A stretch of 63,574 bases of DNA, counting the filler, from Chiloscyllium plagiosum (lineage: Eukaryota), in assembly GCF_004010195.1 (NCBI RefSeq). It is 3 parts of one record of this genome, joined end to end, with 100 filler letters (N's around TTAATTAATTAA, not from the genome) between each part and the next. Parts side by side here need not be neighbours in the genome. Positions count along the whole stretch, not along the records: positions 40,490 to 63,574 come from NC_057711.1; 2 more parts are not named here. One strand, 5' to 3'. The first letter of the stretch is position 1. Every line of letters starts with the position of its first letter. A program made the position numbers and the translations under genes. The notes beneath the pieces are model-generated. The model was not told the origin of the DNA. It ran no database searches and saw only the letters and a program-made list of their open reading frames with translations. Below are positions 50,110 to 62,841 of the stretch, piece by piece.

Positions 50110-50619
50110 GCTTTAACCAAATAGACGTTATTACAAACCTCTGGAGCAGGCGGAACTTGAACTGGGCCTCCACAGTCCAGAGACAGGGACACTACCATTG
50201 TGCCACAAGGGCACCCCATCCCCGAATGCTTGTATTCTGTTGTATTTATTTTTCTGATCAAAACTGTTCAGAGATGTAATTACACACCTCTGTTGCAGGT
50301 TGCACTTGAATGTGGGCCTACCAGTCCAGGAGTAGGGACATTACCATTGAACCAAAAGAGAGCCCCACTGGGCCAGCTTTATAATTTCATTAACCTGTTT
50401 TTCCTAATCTACCTGTTCATATGTTATTATAGGACATGTCCCCGGCACAGTTGGGACCTAACGTACCACAGCATACCACAACAGCCCTCCTGAAGAACCA
50501 GCTTTATCTTTTTTCTAATTTACCTTGTGTTTCTCTCTTCAGAGATGTTATTACACAATTCTGAAGCAGGTGGGACTTGAATCCAGATCTCCAGGTTCAG
50601 GGATGGGGACAGTACCACA
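50110..50619 (-). repeat. Tandem array of ~4 degenerate tRNA-like short units
   Basis: Units read GTGGCACAATGGTAGTGTCCC...GTTCAAGT.CC.CCTGC..CAGAGGTGTGTAATAACATCTCTGAA on minus strand; solo copy at ~42140-42215. Confidence 0.65.
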
Positions 50620-50800
50620 GCACGGTGGCTCAGTGGCTAGCACTGCTGTATCACAGCGCCAGGAACCCGCATGCGATTCTAGTCTTGGGCGACTGCCTGT
50701 GTGGGTTCCTGCCAGGTGCACTGGTTTCCTCCCACAGTCCAAAGATGTGCAAGTTTGGGTGATTTGGCATGGCCAATTCACCTTAGTGTTCAGAGATGTG
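50620..50800 (+). mobile_element. Partial HE1-like SINE
   Basis: Head and core, no tail. Confidence 0.85.
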
Positions 50801-51249
50801 TAGATAAAGTGAATAAAGTTAAAAATCAGTCAACACCATGCTATAATCCAAGAGGTTTATTGGGAAGAGTGAGCTGTGTGAGAGGGTGAAGGGACAAGGA
50901 GAAAGAGAGAGGGAGAAAGAAGATAGAAAATTATGAATGGCATCTTGATTGGTACAGACATGATGGGATTAAAGGCCTATTCCAGTGCTGTACTGTTCTG
51001 TATTTCATTATAACTGTTGGCTGATGCCTGTGTATTATCAGTGGTAATAGTCTTAAGATAGAAATGCAATGGTTTTCAAAATCTTTTGTTTTCATGAATC
51101 TTTTCTCATCCTGGTGGTGGTCTCTGCATGGACATTAAATCTGTGTGCTGCTCAACATGTGGTATTACCCTGGTTGTCACATCCTGCTAGCTGTTACCTA
51201 TGTTTGCATATGGTTTGTTCGTCAACAGTCAAGGGCATTTGGCTTCAGC

Positions 51250-52336
51250 TTTTTGGGTGAATGTCCTCCAAGGGGGACTTTGGGATACGCAACAAAACAG
51301 AGTCGCTGAGCAGAGGCCGATAGCTTGGTTCAGAACCCATGAGGATGGCCTCAACTGGGATCTTGGGTTCATGTCACATTACAGGTGACTCCATCACACC
51401 AACGACTCTCTCTCTCTCACCCACATCCAAATCTATGGGTTGAATTTTCATGTTTGCATTTGCAGATTGCAGTCATTTTCCTATAATGCACGTTTCGTCA
51501 ACACAATTTAGGTGTAGGAGAAAGTGAGGACGGCAGATGCTGGGAGTCAGAGTCAAAAAGTGTGGTGTTGGAAAACCACAGCTGGTCAGGCAGCATCTGA
51601 GGAGCAGGAGAGTTGACGTTTTGAGCAATGTCGACTCTCCTGCTCATCGGATGCTGCCTGAACATTTGTGCTTTTCCAGCACCTCACAATTTGGCGGTAA
51701 CACCTTTTGTGAATTGGGAACGATTTTTTAAAATGAGAATTTTTCAAGTGTGTATCAGTTACAATGTGATTATATCGCCAACACAAAGTGTACTGTGCAA
51801 TTTTTGTATTGTGTGAGGTTGCACAAGGAAAGCAACTACTCTGTAGTCGCAGAACTATCTGTACATTCTATTTTGTTAAAAAAAAAGGCAAACAATACAT
51901 AGGCAGTCAATGTGACATTTTATAAATTCCTAATTTGGAAATAAAACCAGTCTGACTCCAGGAAATGACATGGACAGACTCTAACCAAGCATCTTTAATG
52001 TGTTGTCTGAGCTGAGATATCACTTTTTTAAAATATACTGATAAGACTAAGTTATCTCGGGGGGGGGGGGGGAAAACAAGAAGGAAATACTGGGATTTAC
52101 ATCTTAAAATCAATCAAAACATACACTCCCATTCTAAAAGATTAAGTTCTAACTTAACAGCCAGCTAGGTTTGTCTAATACATCGCATCAATTGTATGAC
52201 ACTTTGAACTTTTACTTACGAATTCCGTGTCCTATGTATTCTGCCCCACTGACCACCTGATGAAGGAGTAGCACAGCAAAAGCTTGTATTTTCAAATTAA
52301 CATTTTCAACTATAACCGGGTATTGTGTGATTTTTA
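51250..52336 (+). mobile_element. Penelope 3' end (GIY-YIG tail, 3' UTR, pLTR)
   Basis: LQGGLWDTQQNRVAEQRPIAWFRTHEDGLNWDLGFMSHY (ORF 51200-51388); decayed CTGATGAAGGAG...AAAAGCTT at ~52257-52286 followed by the 49xxx-family terminus. Confidence 0.7.
51515..51684. mobile_element. Palindromic pLTR pair with central deletion
   Basis: Arms ~51565-51620 and ~51628-51684; flanking CACAATTT at 51502-51509 and 51685-51692. Confidence 0.78.
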
Positions 52337-52729
52337 AGCAAACGGTTCAATTATGGGTTGTTTGATGTGGTTCACTGCTTCCAATCCTCCTTTCACTTTT
52401 CTTTATCCAGGACTTGTCTAATCTATCTTTTCTGATATTTTTTAACCACTTTGCAAGTTAGCATCTTGCACACTTTGAGACCATGACAGAACAGAGTACT
52501 CTAACAACATAGAATCTGTGGGCAAGTATTCTTAAGGGGCAGAAAACAAGGAAAAACAGGAAATGTACTGGTAAGAAAACAATTCAAGGGTGAAAATGTG
52601 TCTCCATCAGCTCTATGGTGTATTTATCAGATACTTCCAATTACATTAAATTGCAACCAGAGAATTCATCCAATCTCAGGTCTGAGACAATGGTTACCAG
52701 AATCCCTATCTTTGATTACTACCTTGCAG

Positions 52730-54385
52730 TTAGAGTCACATAGATGTACAGCACGGAAACAGACCCTTCGGTCCAACTTGTCCATGCTACCAGATATCCT
52801 AAATTGATCCACTCCCATTTACCAGCATTGTGCCCATATCCCTCTAAACACTTCCTATTATATACCCATCCAGATGCCTTTTAAATGTTGTAATTGTACC
52901 AGTCTTCTCTGGCAGCTTATTCCATCCACACACCATCCTCTGCATGAAAATGTTGACCCCCTCCCCTCTTGGGAAAAGACCTTTTCTATTTACGAATCCA
53001 TGCCCCTTATGATTTTATAAACCTCTATAAAGGTCACCTCTCAGCCTCCAATGCTCCAGAGAAAATTGCCCCAGTCTATTCAGCCTCTTCCTATAGCTCA
53101 AATATTCCAAACCTGGCAACATGCTTGTAAATCTTTTCTGAACTCTTCCAAGATTTATAACGTCCTTCCTCTTGCAGGGAGAGCAGAATTGCACACAGTA
53201 TTCCAACCAGCATCCTGGACAGCAGCAACATGACCTCCCAACTCCTATATGCAATGCACTGTCCAATAAAGGCAAGCACACTAAATGCCTTCTTCACCAT
53301 CCCATCTACCTACAACTCCACTTTCAAGGAACTATGAACCTGCACTCCCAGGACCTTACCATTAAGTGCATAAGTACATCCTGATTTGCCTTTCCAAAAT
53401 AGAAAACCTTACATTTATTTAAGGGCAGCATGGTGACTTAGTGGTTTGCATTGCTGCCTCACAACACCAGGGTCCCTGATTCGATTCCAGCCTCAGGCGA
53501 CTGTTTGTGTGGAGTTTACACATTCTCCCTGTGTCTGAGTGGGTTTCCTCTGGGTGCTCCAGTTTCCTCCCACAGTCCGAAGATGTGCAGATTAGGTGAA
53601 TTGGCCATGCCTGTAGTGCATTAGTCAGAGGGAAATGGAACTGGGTGGGTTACTCCTCGGAGGGTCGGTGTGGACTTATTGGGCGGAAGGATCTGTTAGG
53701 GAATCTAATCTAAGCTTCATCTGGCAATTCTCAACCCATCTGATCAAGATCCCATTGTACTCTGAGGTAACCTTCTTCGCTGTCCACCAAACCTCCAATT
53801 TTGGCGTCATCTGCTGTTCACATCCAAAATAATTTGTATAACTGATAGAAAGCTGTGGACCTAGTACTGATCCTGTGGCACATCGTCGGTCATCGGCCTC
53901 CAATCTGAAAATCTACCCTCCACCACCACCTTCTGTCTTCTACCTTTGACTAGTTATGTATCCAAATGGCTTGTTCTCCCTGAATTCCACGTGATCTAAC
54001 CTTGCTAACCAATCTACCATGAGGAATCTTATCAAATGCCTTAGTGAAGTCCACATGGGTCACATCCATCACTCTGCCCTAATCAATCCTCTTCATTACT
54101 TCTTCAAAAAATTCATGGGACAAAATTTCTCATGCACAAAGCCATGTTGACTACCCCCAATAAGTCCTTGCCTTTCCAAATACATGGAAATCCTCTCCTG
54201 CAAGATTCCCTCGAACAACTTGCCCACCACTAATGTAAGGCTCAACAGTCTATAGTTCCCTGGCTTTTCCTTACTACCTTTCTTAAATAGTGGCATCATG
54301 TTGGCTAACCTCCAGTCTTCTGGCATTTCAGCTGTGGCTATTGATGATACAAATATCTTTGCAAGGAGCCCAGCAATACTTCCCT
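52730..54385 (-). mobile_element. CR1 RT/3' fragment
   Basis: ORFs 54096-54326 and 53015-53281. Confidence 0.9.
53422..53712 (+). mobile_element. HE1-like SINE
   Basis: Head, core and tail. Confidence 0.9.
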
Positions 54386-57300
54386 TGTTGTACTTATTTA
54401 GTTTGCCACTCTTCTGCCATTTACTAGTCCTTCAGTTGGTCCCTGCAGAATTAGGGAGTTGGTTTTGGCAAAGTGAACATTGCAAGCTGCTTCACCATGA
54501 TGCTATCCTATGACCTGTCTATTATCAATGTGAAGAGTGCTCTATAAAAAGAAACAGTCAGCAGATTGCACAAAAACTAGAGGCAGTCAAAACCATAACA
54601 TTGCCAGTCTTTTCATGGAATCCAATGCACAATCTATACACTTCATCACAATTCACAAAAAGAAACAAACAGCTACAAAGAAAAACAAACCAAATTTTAA
54701 AAATCATTATCTGATTTGCATGACCAAAAATATATGCATACTTAGAGTGTTCAACTCAACATCCCTCAATTGAGCTTTCTTCTAAAGCACATTATTGGAA
54801 CGCTTTGAATACTAGCTTATACATTACTCACCTTCCATGGTCTAACAATGGTTAGAAAGAAAAACAGCATATGTTAGAATCTAAAGTATTTTATAATAAT
54901 ACACCAAAATGCACCAACTTTTATAGGACAAACTAAGAAATTATTTACAAAACTTTGATATATGTCAAACATAAAAGTAGTACAAGTGACACAAATGTTT
55001 AAACAAGGGGTAATGTCGGTACAATCTTGGCATATCAAGTTGGTATATTCCCGAATATCTGTACTTGTTTACCACTTTGTGACTTCCAAGACCCAGATTT
55101 ATGAACTAGAATGGGCTATTTAAGGTGTTACTTGATCCAACGCTTTAACAGCATATCAATGAAAACATTTAAAATAAGATTTCAAGAAACAAATAGTTTA
55201 TGTTTTGGGTTAAGTATCACAAATTCTGAGGAGACAATATACATTATTTGATTAATCTCTTACACTCAGCTCACAGCACATCACGTAAATAATGCAGGAG
55301 AATATTTTCTATTTTAAATTGCCTTAAAGCCAGACTTTGCAGAATTTTAAAAATTTTTGCTACTTTTCATCTGGTGCTCTCTTCAGTAAACAACCTCCAC
55401 TACAATGCCAAGATAGCAGAACTGTAGATGTGCAGTCCACAAGAGGTCACATCGGAGACTATGTGTGACAGGCCGCTGACTAAATTTATTCATCCAGATT
55501 GGTTTTACTGATAAAATGAATGCCTAAATAAGAAATGCATTTACTAAGGCTTTTCTTTTGAAAAAGTCTCATGCAACCCTGAGAAAACAATTTTGGGGAG
55601 GATGTTTTAGTTAGGATGAGGCCAAATTTCATATTCCCATAACACAAATCTATGGATTGTGTTAACATCCAACGGAATCCAGGATATTATATCTTCCAGT
55701 CAGCAAGAGCCTTAACAACTGCTTCTTGATTTGAAACTTTACTTTCAGATAAATGTTAATAGCAGGCTATGTACTTCAGTAAGTATAAGGACATGTAAAT
55801 GAACAAATCAGGCATACTCCAGATGCTGTAAATCTGAAATAAAGAGAAATGTTTGGAAAAACTCAGGTCAGGCAGCATCTATCAAGTACTAGAGTTAACT
55901 GGCAAAATTTAATTTAGTTCAGATGATGGAGGACATTCCCATATACTGGGGAGTCCCTGTAAGAATTCATTACCTTAATTAGACAAACCACCATATTAAA
56001 AATGGCCCAATAGGTCATAATCTAGCCAGTAGCTTGGCTTCTTTGGGATTGGAGACTCCGGGACAAAAATCTCACACTCAGCGCTGCCAGTCAGAGAACA
56101 ACAGCTGTCCCTTTGTTGGGTAGGAAATAGAAGAGAGAATGATTCAACCTTTCTACAACATCCTACAGACACTTAAACCTTAGTGAAAGGTCACCTCCCT
56201 CTAAGCTAAAACTTTTTCACAAGGTAGCACAGCTAGAATTGTTTTTTTGGAACTCTTTTTTAAACTGACTTTTAAGCACCATGGGTGCAAACACATGTTT
56301 TCCATATCCTCCACTTTCAGTGGTTTTCTGGCCACTCTTTTCAAATGGTTTTAGCAGTTCTGCCTCCACTCTCTTAATTGCAGACATAGATTAACTCATT
56401 GACTTTTGGATGTTTCTGTCTCTGTCTCAGTATGTGTCATTAGACATGTAATTGCTTGGCTGCAGCCCAATTTTCTCTACCATTTTTGACACATGAAGCT
56501 ATTAACTTAGATCTACAGTAAACACATTAAAAATGCTTGTACAAACAAACCTGAAATTTGCCAATGGCAAAACTCTCAAACATGAAACAAAAACTATATC
56601 TTCCTCCATTTTAAACATGTAGAATATAGAAATACAAAAATCAAACTTAAAACAATACATTCATCATCCATTTTAAATCTCAATAATGTTACAAAGCTTC
56701 AAAAGAAGAGGAAGTGGTTGGGGCTACAAAAATAGTTACGGGTTGAAGTGATGTTAGATATCAGAAGGTTTGCAGATGCAGGACAGAAGAGATTATATAA
56801 GTGAGAAACAATGGATTTGAGACTGGAAGCACAGAGTTCTGGAACCACAAGTACTGTTTTTTTATGAATGGAAACAAGAAAAAGATAAACAAATTTGGGA
56901 CACTGCACACAGCTGCACTTCTGAATTGTGGTACTTACTGCAGAGGAAGATCACTAAATGCCCAAACGTTAAAATAATTACTGAGAACAGTGAAGTTGGT
57001 TATGATGGACTGGGAAGAATGTTACAGGATTGACAGATGAACCGGATGTTATTGCAGAAAACGATAACTAGGATAGTGGTAGTTCTGGGTGAGATATCAG
57101 TTTGGTTAGTGACACTGGGTAAGCAGGGATATTGCCAAAAGACAATTGTCAAGTAAAGGAAACATTCTACAGACAAGTAATGCTAGATGATTTCAGGAAA
57201 ACTTGCATACTAAGTCGAACAAGCAAAAAGCAATACACTTACATAGACTAAATGTGTGTTTTACCAAATGACAGTTACGAAAGACAGTGCTGGAATTCAG

Positions 57301-57450
57301 TGCCGCTTCACACAACCAGGTGGCTTTTTATCCCTACACTAAACGTTTCGAAAACAATAACCTAAAATATTTTGACTCCTCTTTAAGAAATTAGTTGGGT
57401 GGCTTTTCATTAAAATTACAGTTTTCATTACAGAATTAGGTCACGCTTAC

Positions 57451-57504
57451 CGGTTGAGGTTGTTCCGCAATACAGCAATTAAAACACAACCAGAATTCGC
57501 TCAT
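57451..57504 (-). CDS. CDC42SE2: CDC42 small effector protein 2, first coding exon (MSEFWLCFNCCIAEQPQP)
   Basis: ATG at 57504-57502 with A at -3 and an in-frame TAA two codons upstream; 18 codons match the vertebrate CDC42SE2 N-terminus as I recall it; phase-0 donor CCG|GTAAGC at 57450. Confidence 0.95.
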
Positions 57505-57762
57505 TATTTAAACTCCCACGCCAAAATGTCCTTTCAATGACTCAAAATCCAGATTCGATATTCCAGTGTGGGAACGTCCAGCTGTCCTTCACCTCACAAT
57601 AGCGTGTGTTATACTGAGAAAGCGAAGTTCTTCCGGTTATGGACAAGCTGAAGTCGCAATGGTACTGTTATGGTAACCGGCTAGTTAGTCCGTATTGGCG
57701 AATTCACCACGGTTTTCAGTGGCGTTTTCACCTTAGCTCCTGTGCTCTGGGATGATGATGAC
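57505..57762 (-). other. CDC42SE2: CDC42SE2 5' UTR part of the same exon
   Basis: Acceptor TCTCTTATTTTAATTGTCTGCAG|G (AG at 57764-57763); no ATG in 258 nt. Confidence 0.8.
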
Positions 57763-60700
57763 CTGCAGACAATTAAAATAAGAGATATTGACAAACAAAA
57801 GAAGTAATAAACAGTTGAGTATTACAATTTTGAACCACTCTTAGCTGTCAGCAAAGCTGCCTGTTACATCATATACAGAAACACACCCTGGAAAAAAGGT
57901 ATTTAAAAATCTATTCTGCGCATTTCCAGCTTGTCTAAATCAGGATTTATTTTTGAATCTCAAGCTTAATCATCTAGTCTCCTTTGATTGCTTCGCATAT
58001 AGCCTGTTCCTGGTTTCAAAACATCAAAGCAGAAGAAAATAACGCGAGCTGATGCTACTAATAAAAAAAGCTGAAATCCAGCCATAAACATCATTTTACC
58101 ACAATTTTGAGAACCTTTTTCCTCACTTGGCTGCGTCACGAAATAATTCCAGGTAGGAGGCTTTCCTGCAATGATTGACAACAATCTCCTTTAAAACTTG
58201 AGAACCATGGAGGTTCTTCAGTTTAAAATGCAGCTGTATGATCCTGCTAGCAAGAGCGGCAACGGGAGGAAGGAGGTGACTTCATTCCAGCTTGCAAAGA
58301 GATAGACGCACAGCAAGTAGGCGGAGAATAGCAGCCATTGTACATCAGTGTATACCATAACGTGAAATCAGCTCAAAATAACAACAAAAAAAATGCTTTT
58401 AAGAGAGAAATCCTGTTTGAATCTTAAGCGGCAGCCTTTTGTTCCAATCCTGTGCTGAAAGAGTGCTGTAGTTGTACAGTGTAGAAACATGCTTATTAAC
58501 CCAGAGCATGAGAATGACCAGCTTTATTACAAACAGGCTCATCACACTACGACTCCTCAGTCGGGTAACTGCTTCCTATTTCAATGAGACGTCGAAGAAG
58601 CACAGTACAGTATTGTGTACAGTAGATATTCAACAATTTTACATGATTTAAATTTATTTCCAACATTTAAATAAAGAAAAATTAAGTTTATAGGTACAAT
58701 ATATATTTTAATATTAATCTGCAAGTTTTCAATTGGAGAAAAGGAGCATTGACATTGCACGCCGTTGACTGTGTGACACCTAACAGCCGATTTTTAAAAA
58801 ATATTAGCGACAAACAGATGATACCTGGAATCATAGTTAAAGGATCATTGTTCCAGGATGCAACCTATTCTTTATCCTTGCAAATGTGTTGTCCAGACAA
58901 GGCAATTTAGCACTACAATTATGGCAATTCTTAATTATTCAGTTCACAAAATGAAGTGATTACATGTTTAAAATCTTATTTTATAAAATCGTTCTTGAAT
59001 TACTCAACCCAGACACTATTTCCACAGATCACAGGCAATTTTAGATTTTATTCTGACCACCCTGAAGAAAGCAAACAGGAAACCTGTACACAGTTGTACT
59101 GGCAGATGATTAAATTCAGGCTGTCCAATGGCCTGACATTTTCAGGTAAACAAATCTATAGCTCAATTAAAAACAATCTATCATGAAATATTAACTCTGC
59201 TGCCTTCCCACAGATATTCCCACAAACAACTGGAGACCTGGAACCTTGATGGTGACTCAGTGACCCTGGAATAATAGGCTTGGAGAGAGACTCTGGCTTG
59301 GAGAGGTGAGGACGATGGGAGTCTGGTATGGGAGCAAGACCGAGGTGAATGGAGTGGAGTGAAAAAATATAGAGGCTGTCTATGACAAGCCAAGATTGGG
59401 TGTTAATTCATTCTGAAGCCAGGCATTTTAATTAAAGTTAGAATGATTGACAGAATGCAGAACTTTGTTTGCCTCCTCATTGAATGTCATAGAGTTGTAC
59501 AGATTTACAGCATGGAAACAAATCCTTTGGTCCAACTCGTCAAAGCTGACCAAATATCCTAACCTAATCTAATCCCATTTGGCACATATCCCTCTAAACC
59601 CTTCCTATTCAAATACCCATCCAGATGCCTTTTAAATGCTGCAATCGTACTAGCGTCCACCACTTCCTTGAGCAGTTCATGCCACATGCGCACTAGTCTC
59701 TGCGTGAAAAGCTTCTCCTTAAATCCCTTTTATATCTTTCCCCTCTCAGACTTAAATCTATGTCCTCTAGTTCTGGACTCCACCATCCCAGGGAAAAGAC
59801 CTTGGTCTGTTTATCCTATCCATTCCCCTCATAATTTTATAAACCTCTACAAGGTCACCTCTGAGCCTCTGATGCTCCAGGGAAAATAGTCCCAACCTAC
59901 TCAGCCTCTCCCAACAGCTCAAATCCTCCAATCCTGGCAACATCCTTGTAGATCTTTTCTGAACCCTTTCAAGTTTCACAACATCCATCCGATAGGAAGG
60001 AGACCAGAATTGCACACAATATTCCAAAAGTTGCCGGACCAATGTCCTGGTACAGCCACAACATGACTCCCAACTCTTATACTCAAAACTGTGATCAATA
60101 AAGGAAAGCATGCCAAATGCCTTCTTCACTATTTTATCTACCTGTGACTCTACTTTCAAGGAACTATGAACCTGCACTCCAAGATCTCTTTGTTCAGCAA
60201 CATTCCCTGGGATCTTACCACTAAGTGTCTAAGTCCTGCTATGATTTGCTTTTCCAAAATGTAGCATCTCACATTTATTTAAATTAAACTCCATCTGCCA
60301 CACCTCAGCACATTGGCCCATCTGATCAAGATCCTGTTGTACTCTGACGTAACCTTCTTCGCTGTCCACTGCACCTCCAATTTTGGTGTCATCTGCAAAC
60401 ATACTAACTATACCTCCTACGTACACATCCAAATAATTTATGTAAATGACGAAAAGTAGTGGACTTAGTACTGATCCTTGTGGCACTCCACTGGTCACAG
60501 GCTCTAGTCTGAAAAGCAACCCTCCACCACCACCCTCTGTCTTCTACCTTCGAGCCAGTTCTGTATCCAAATGGCTAGTTCTCCCTGGATTCCATGAAAT
60601 CTAACCTTGCTAAACTGTCTCCCATGGGGAACCTTGTCAAATGCCTCACTGAAGTCCAAATAGATCATGTCCACCGCTCTGCCCTCATCAATCCACTTTG

Positions 60701-60838
60701 TTACTTCTTCAGAAAACTCAATCATGTTTGTGAGACATGATTTCTCATGCACAAAGCCATGCTGACAATCCCTAATCAGTCCTTGAGTTTCTAAATACAT
60801 GTAAATCCCATTCCTCATGATTCCCTTCAACAACTTGT

Positions 60839-61165
60839 GGGTGGCACGGTGACTAGCACTGCTGCCTCACAGTGCCAGAGACCCGGGTTCAATTCCCACC
60901 TCAAGCAACTGTCTGTGTGGAGTTTGCACATTCTCCCTGTGTCTGCGTGGGTTTCCTCCGGGTGCTCCGGTTTTCTCCCACAATCCAAAGATGTGCAGGT
61001 TAGGTGAATTGGCCATGCTTAATTGCCCGTAGTGTTAGGTGAAGGGGTAAATGTAGAGGAATGGGTCTGTGTGGGTTGCTCTTTGGAGGGTCGGTGTGGA
61101 CTTGTTGGGCCGAAGGGCCTGTTTCCACACTGTAAGTAAGATAATCCAATTGTAATCTAATCTAA
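60839..61165 (+). mobile_element. HE1-like SINE
   Basis: Head, core and tail; AACTTG duplicated at flanks. Confidence 0.92.
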
Positions 61166-61774
61166 TTGTTACAAAACTTGCCCACCACCAACATCAGGCT
61201 CATGGATCTATAGTTCCCAGACTCTTCCTGATCATCTTTCTTAAATAGTGGTACCATGTTAGCCAACCTGCAGTCTTCCGGCACCTCACCTGTGACTATC
61301 AATGATACAAATATCTCAGCAAGGAACCCAGCAATCACTTCCCTAGCTTCCCACAGAGTTCTAGTGTACCCGTGATCAAGTCCTGGGGATTTATCCACTT
61401 CTATGTGTTTCAAGACTTTCTGCACCTCCTCCTCTGTAATTTCCAAGATGACACCATCTATTTCCCCACATTCTGTATCTTCTATGTCCTGCTCCACAGT
61501 AAACACGATGCAAAATACTCGTTTAGTATCTCCCCCATCTTCTGCAGCTCCTCACACAGGCTGCCTTGCTGATCTTTGAAGGGTCTGATTTGCTCCCTAG
61601 TTACCCTTTTGTCCTTAATGTATTTGTAAAAACCCTTTGGATTGTCCTTAATGCTATTTTCCAAAGCTATCTCATGTCCCCATTTTGCCCTCCTGATTTC
61701 CTGCTTAAGTATACTCCTACTGTCTTTATACACTTCCAAGGATTCTCTCAATCTCTCCTGTCTGTACCTTCTTT

Positions 61775-62092
61775 TAGATTAGATTAGATTACATTACAGT
61801 ATGGAAACAGGCCCTTCGGCCCAACAAGTCCACACCGACCCGCCGAAGCGCAACCCACCCATATCCCTACATTTACCCCTATACCTAACACTACGGGCAA
61901 TTTAGCATGGCCAATTCACCTGACCTGCACATCTTTGGACTGTGGGAGGAAACCGGAGCACCCGGAGGAAACCCATGCAGACGCGGGGAGAACGTGCAAA
62001 CTCCACACAGTCAGTCGCCTGAGGCGGGAATTGAACCCGGGTCTCTGGCGCTGTGAGGCAACAGTGCTAAACACTGTGCCACTGTGCCGCCC
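61775..62092 (-). mobile_element. Young HE1-like SINE
   Basis: CpG-retaining near-consensus copy with (TAATC)n tail. Confidence 0.94.
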
Positions 62093-62529
62093 AAATCTCA
62101 ATTTCTCTAGTCATCCAGCATTTCCTACACTTAGCAGCCTTTCCTCTTACACTAACAGGAAAATGCTGTCTCTGAACTCTTGTTATCTCATTTTTGAAGG
62201 CTTCCTTTCCCTGCGAACATCTGCCCCCAATCAGCTTTTGAAAGTTCTTGCATAATACCATCGAAATTTACCTTTCTCCCATTTACAACTTCAACTTTTT
62301 AGATCTGGTCTATCCTTTTCTATCACTATTTTGAAACTATGGTTACTGGCCCGAAAGTGGTCCCCCACTGACAACTCAGTTACCTGCCCTGCCTTATTTC
62401 CCAAAAGTAAGTCAAGTTTTGCACCTTTTCTGGTAGGTACATCCACATACTGAATTGGAAACGTTTTTTGTACACACTGAACAAATTTCTCTCCATCTAA
62501 ACACTTCGACTGGGACTGCCATAGTGTTT

Positions 62530-62841
62530 AGATTAGATTAGATCACTTACAGTGTGGAAACAGGCCCTTCAGCCCAACAAGTCCACACCAACCTGCCAAA
62601 GCACAACCCACCCATTCCCCTACATTTACCCCTTTACCTAACACTACGGGCAATTTAGCATGGCCAATTCACCTGACCTGCACATCTTTGGACTGTGGAA
62701 GAAAACTGGAGCACCCGGAGGAAATCCACACAGACACGGGGAGAATGTGCAAACTCCACACAGTCAGTCGCCTGAATCAGGAAGTGAACCCAGGTCTCTA
62801 GCGCTGTGAGGCAGCAGTGCTAACCACTGTGCCACCGTGCC
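62530..62841 (-). mobile_element. HE1-like SINE
   Basis: Head, core and tail. Confidence 0.93.

Noticed and set aside
56930..56960. Possible recursive splice site CTGCAGTAAGT on minus strand
   Set aside because: AG and GT overlap rather than forming AG|GT; there is no other support.
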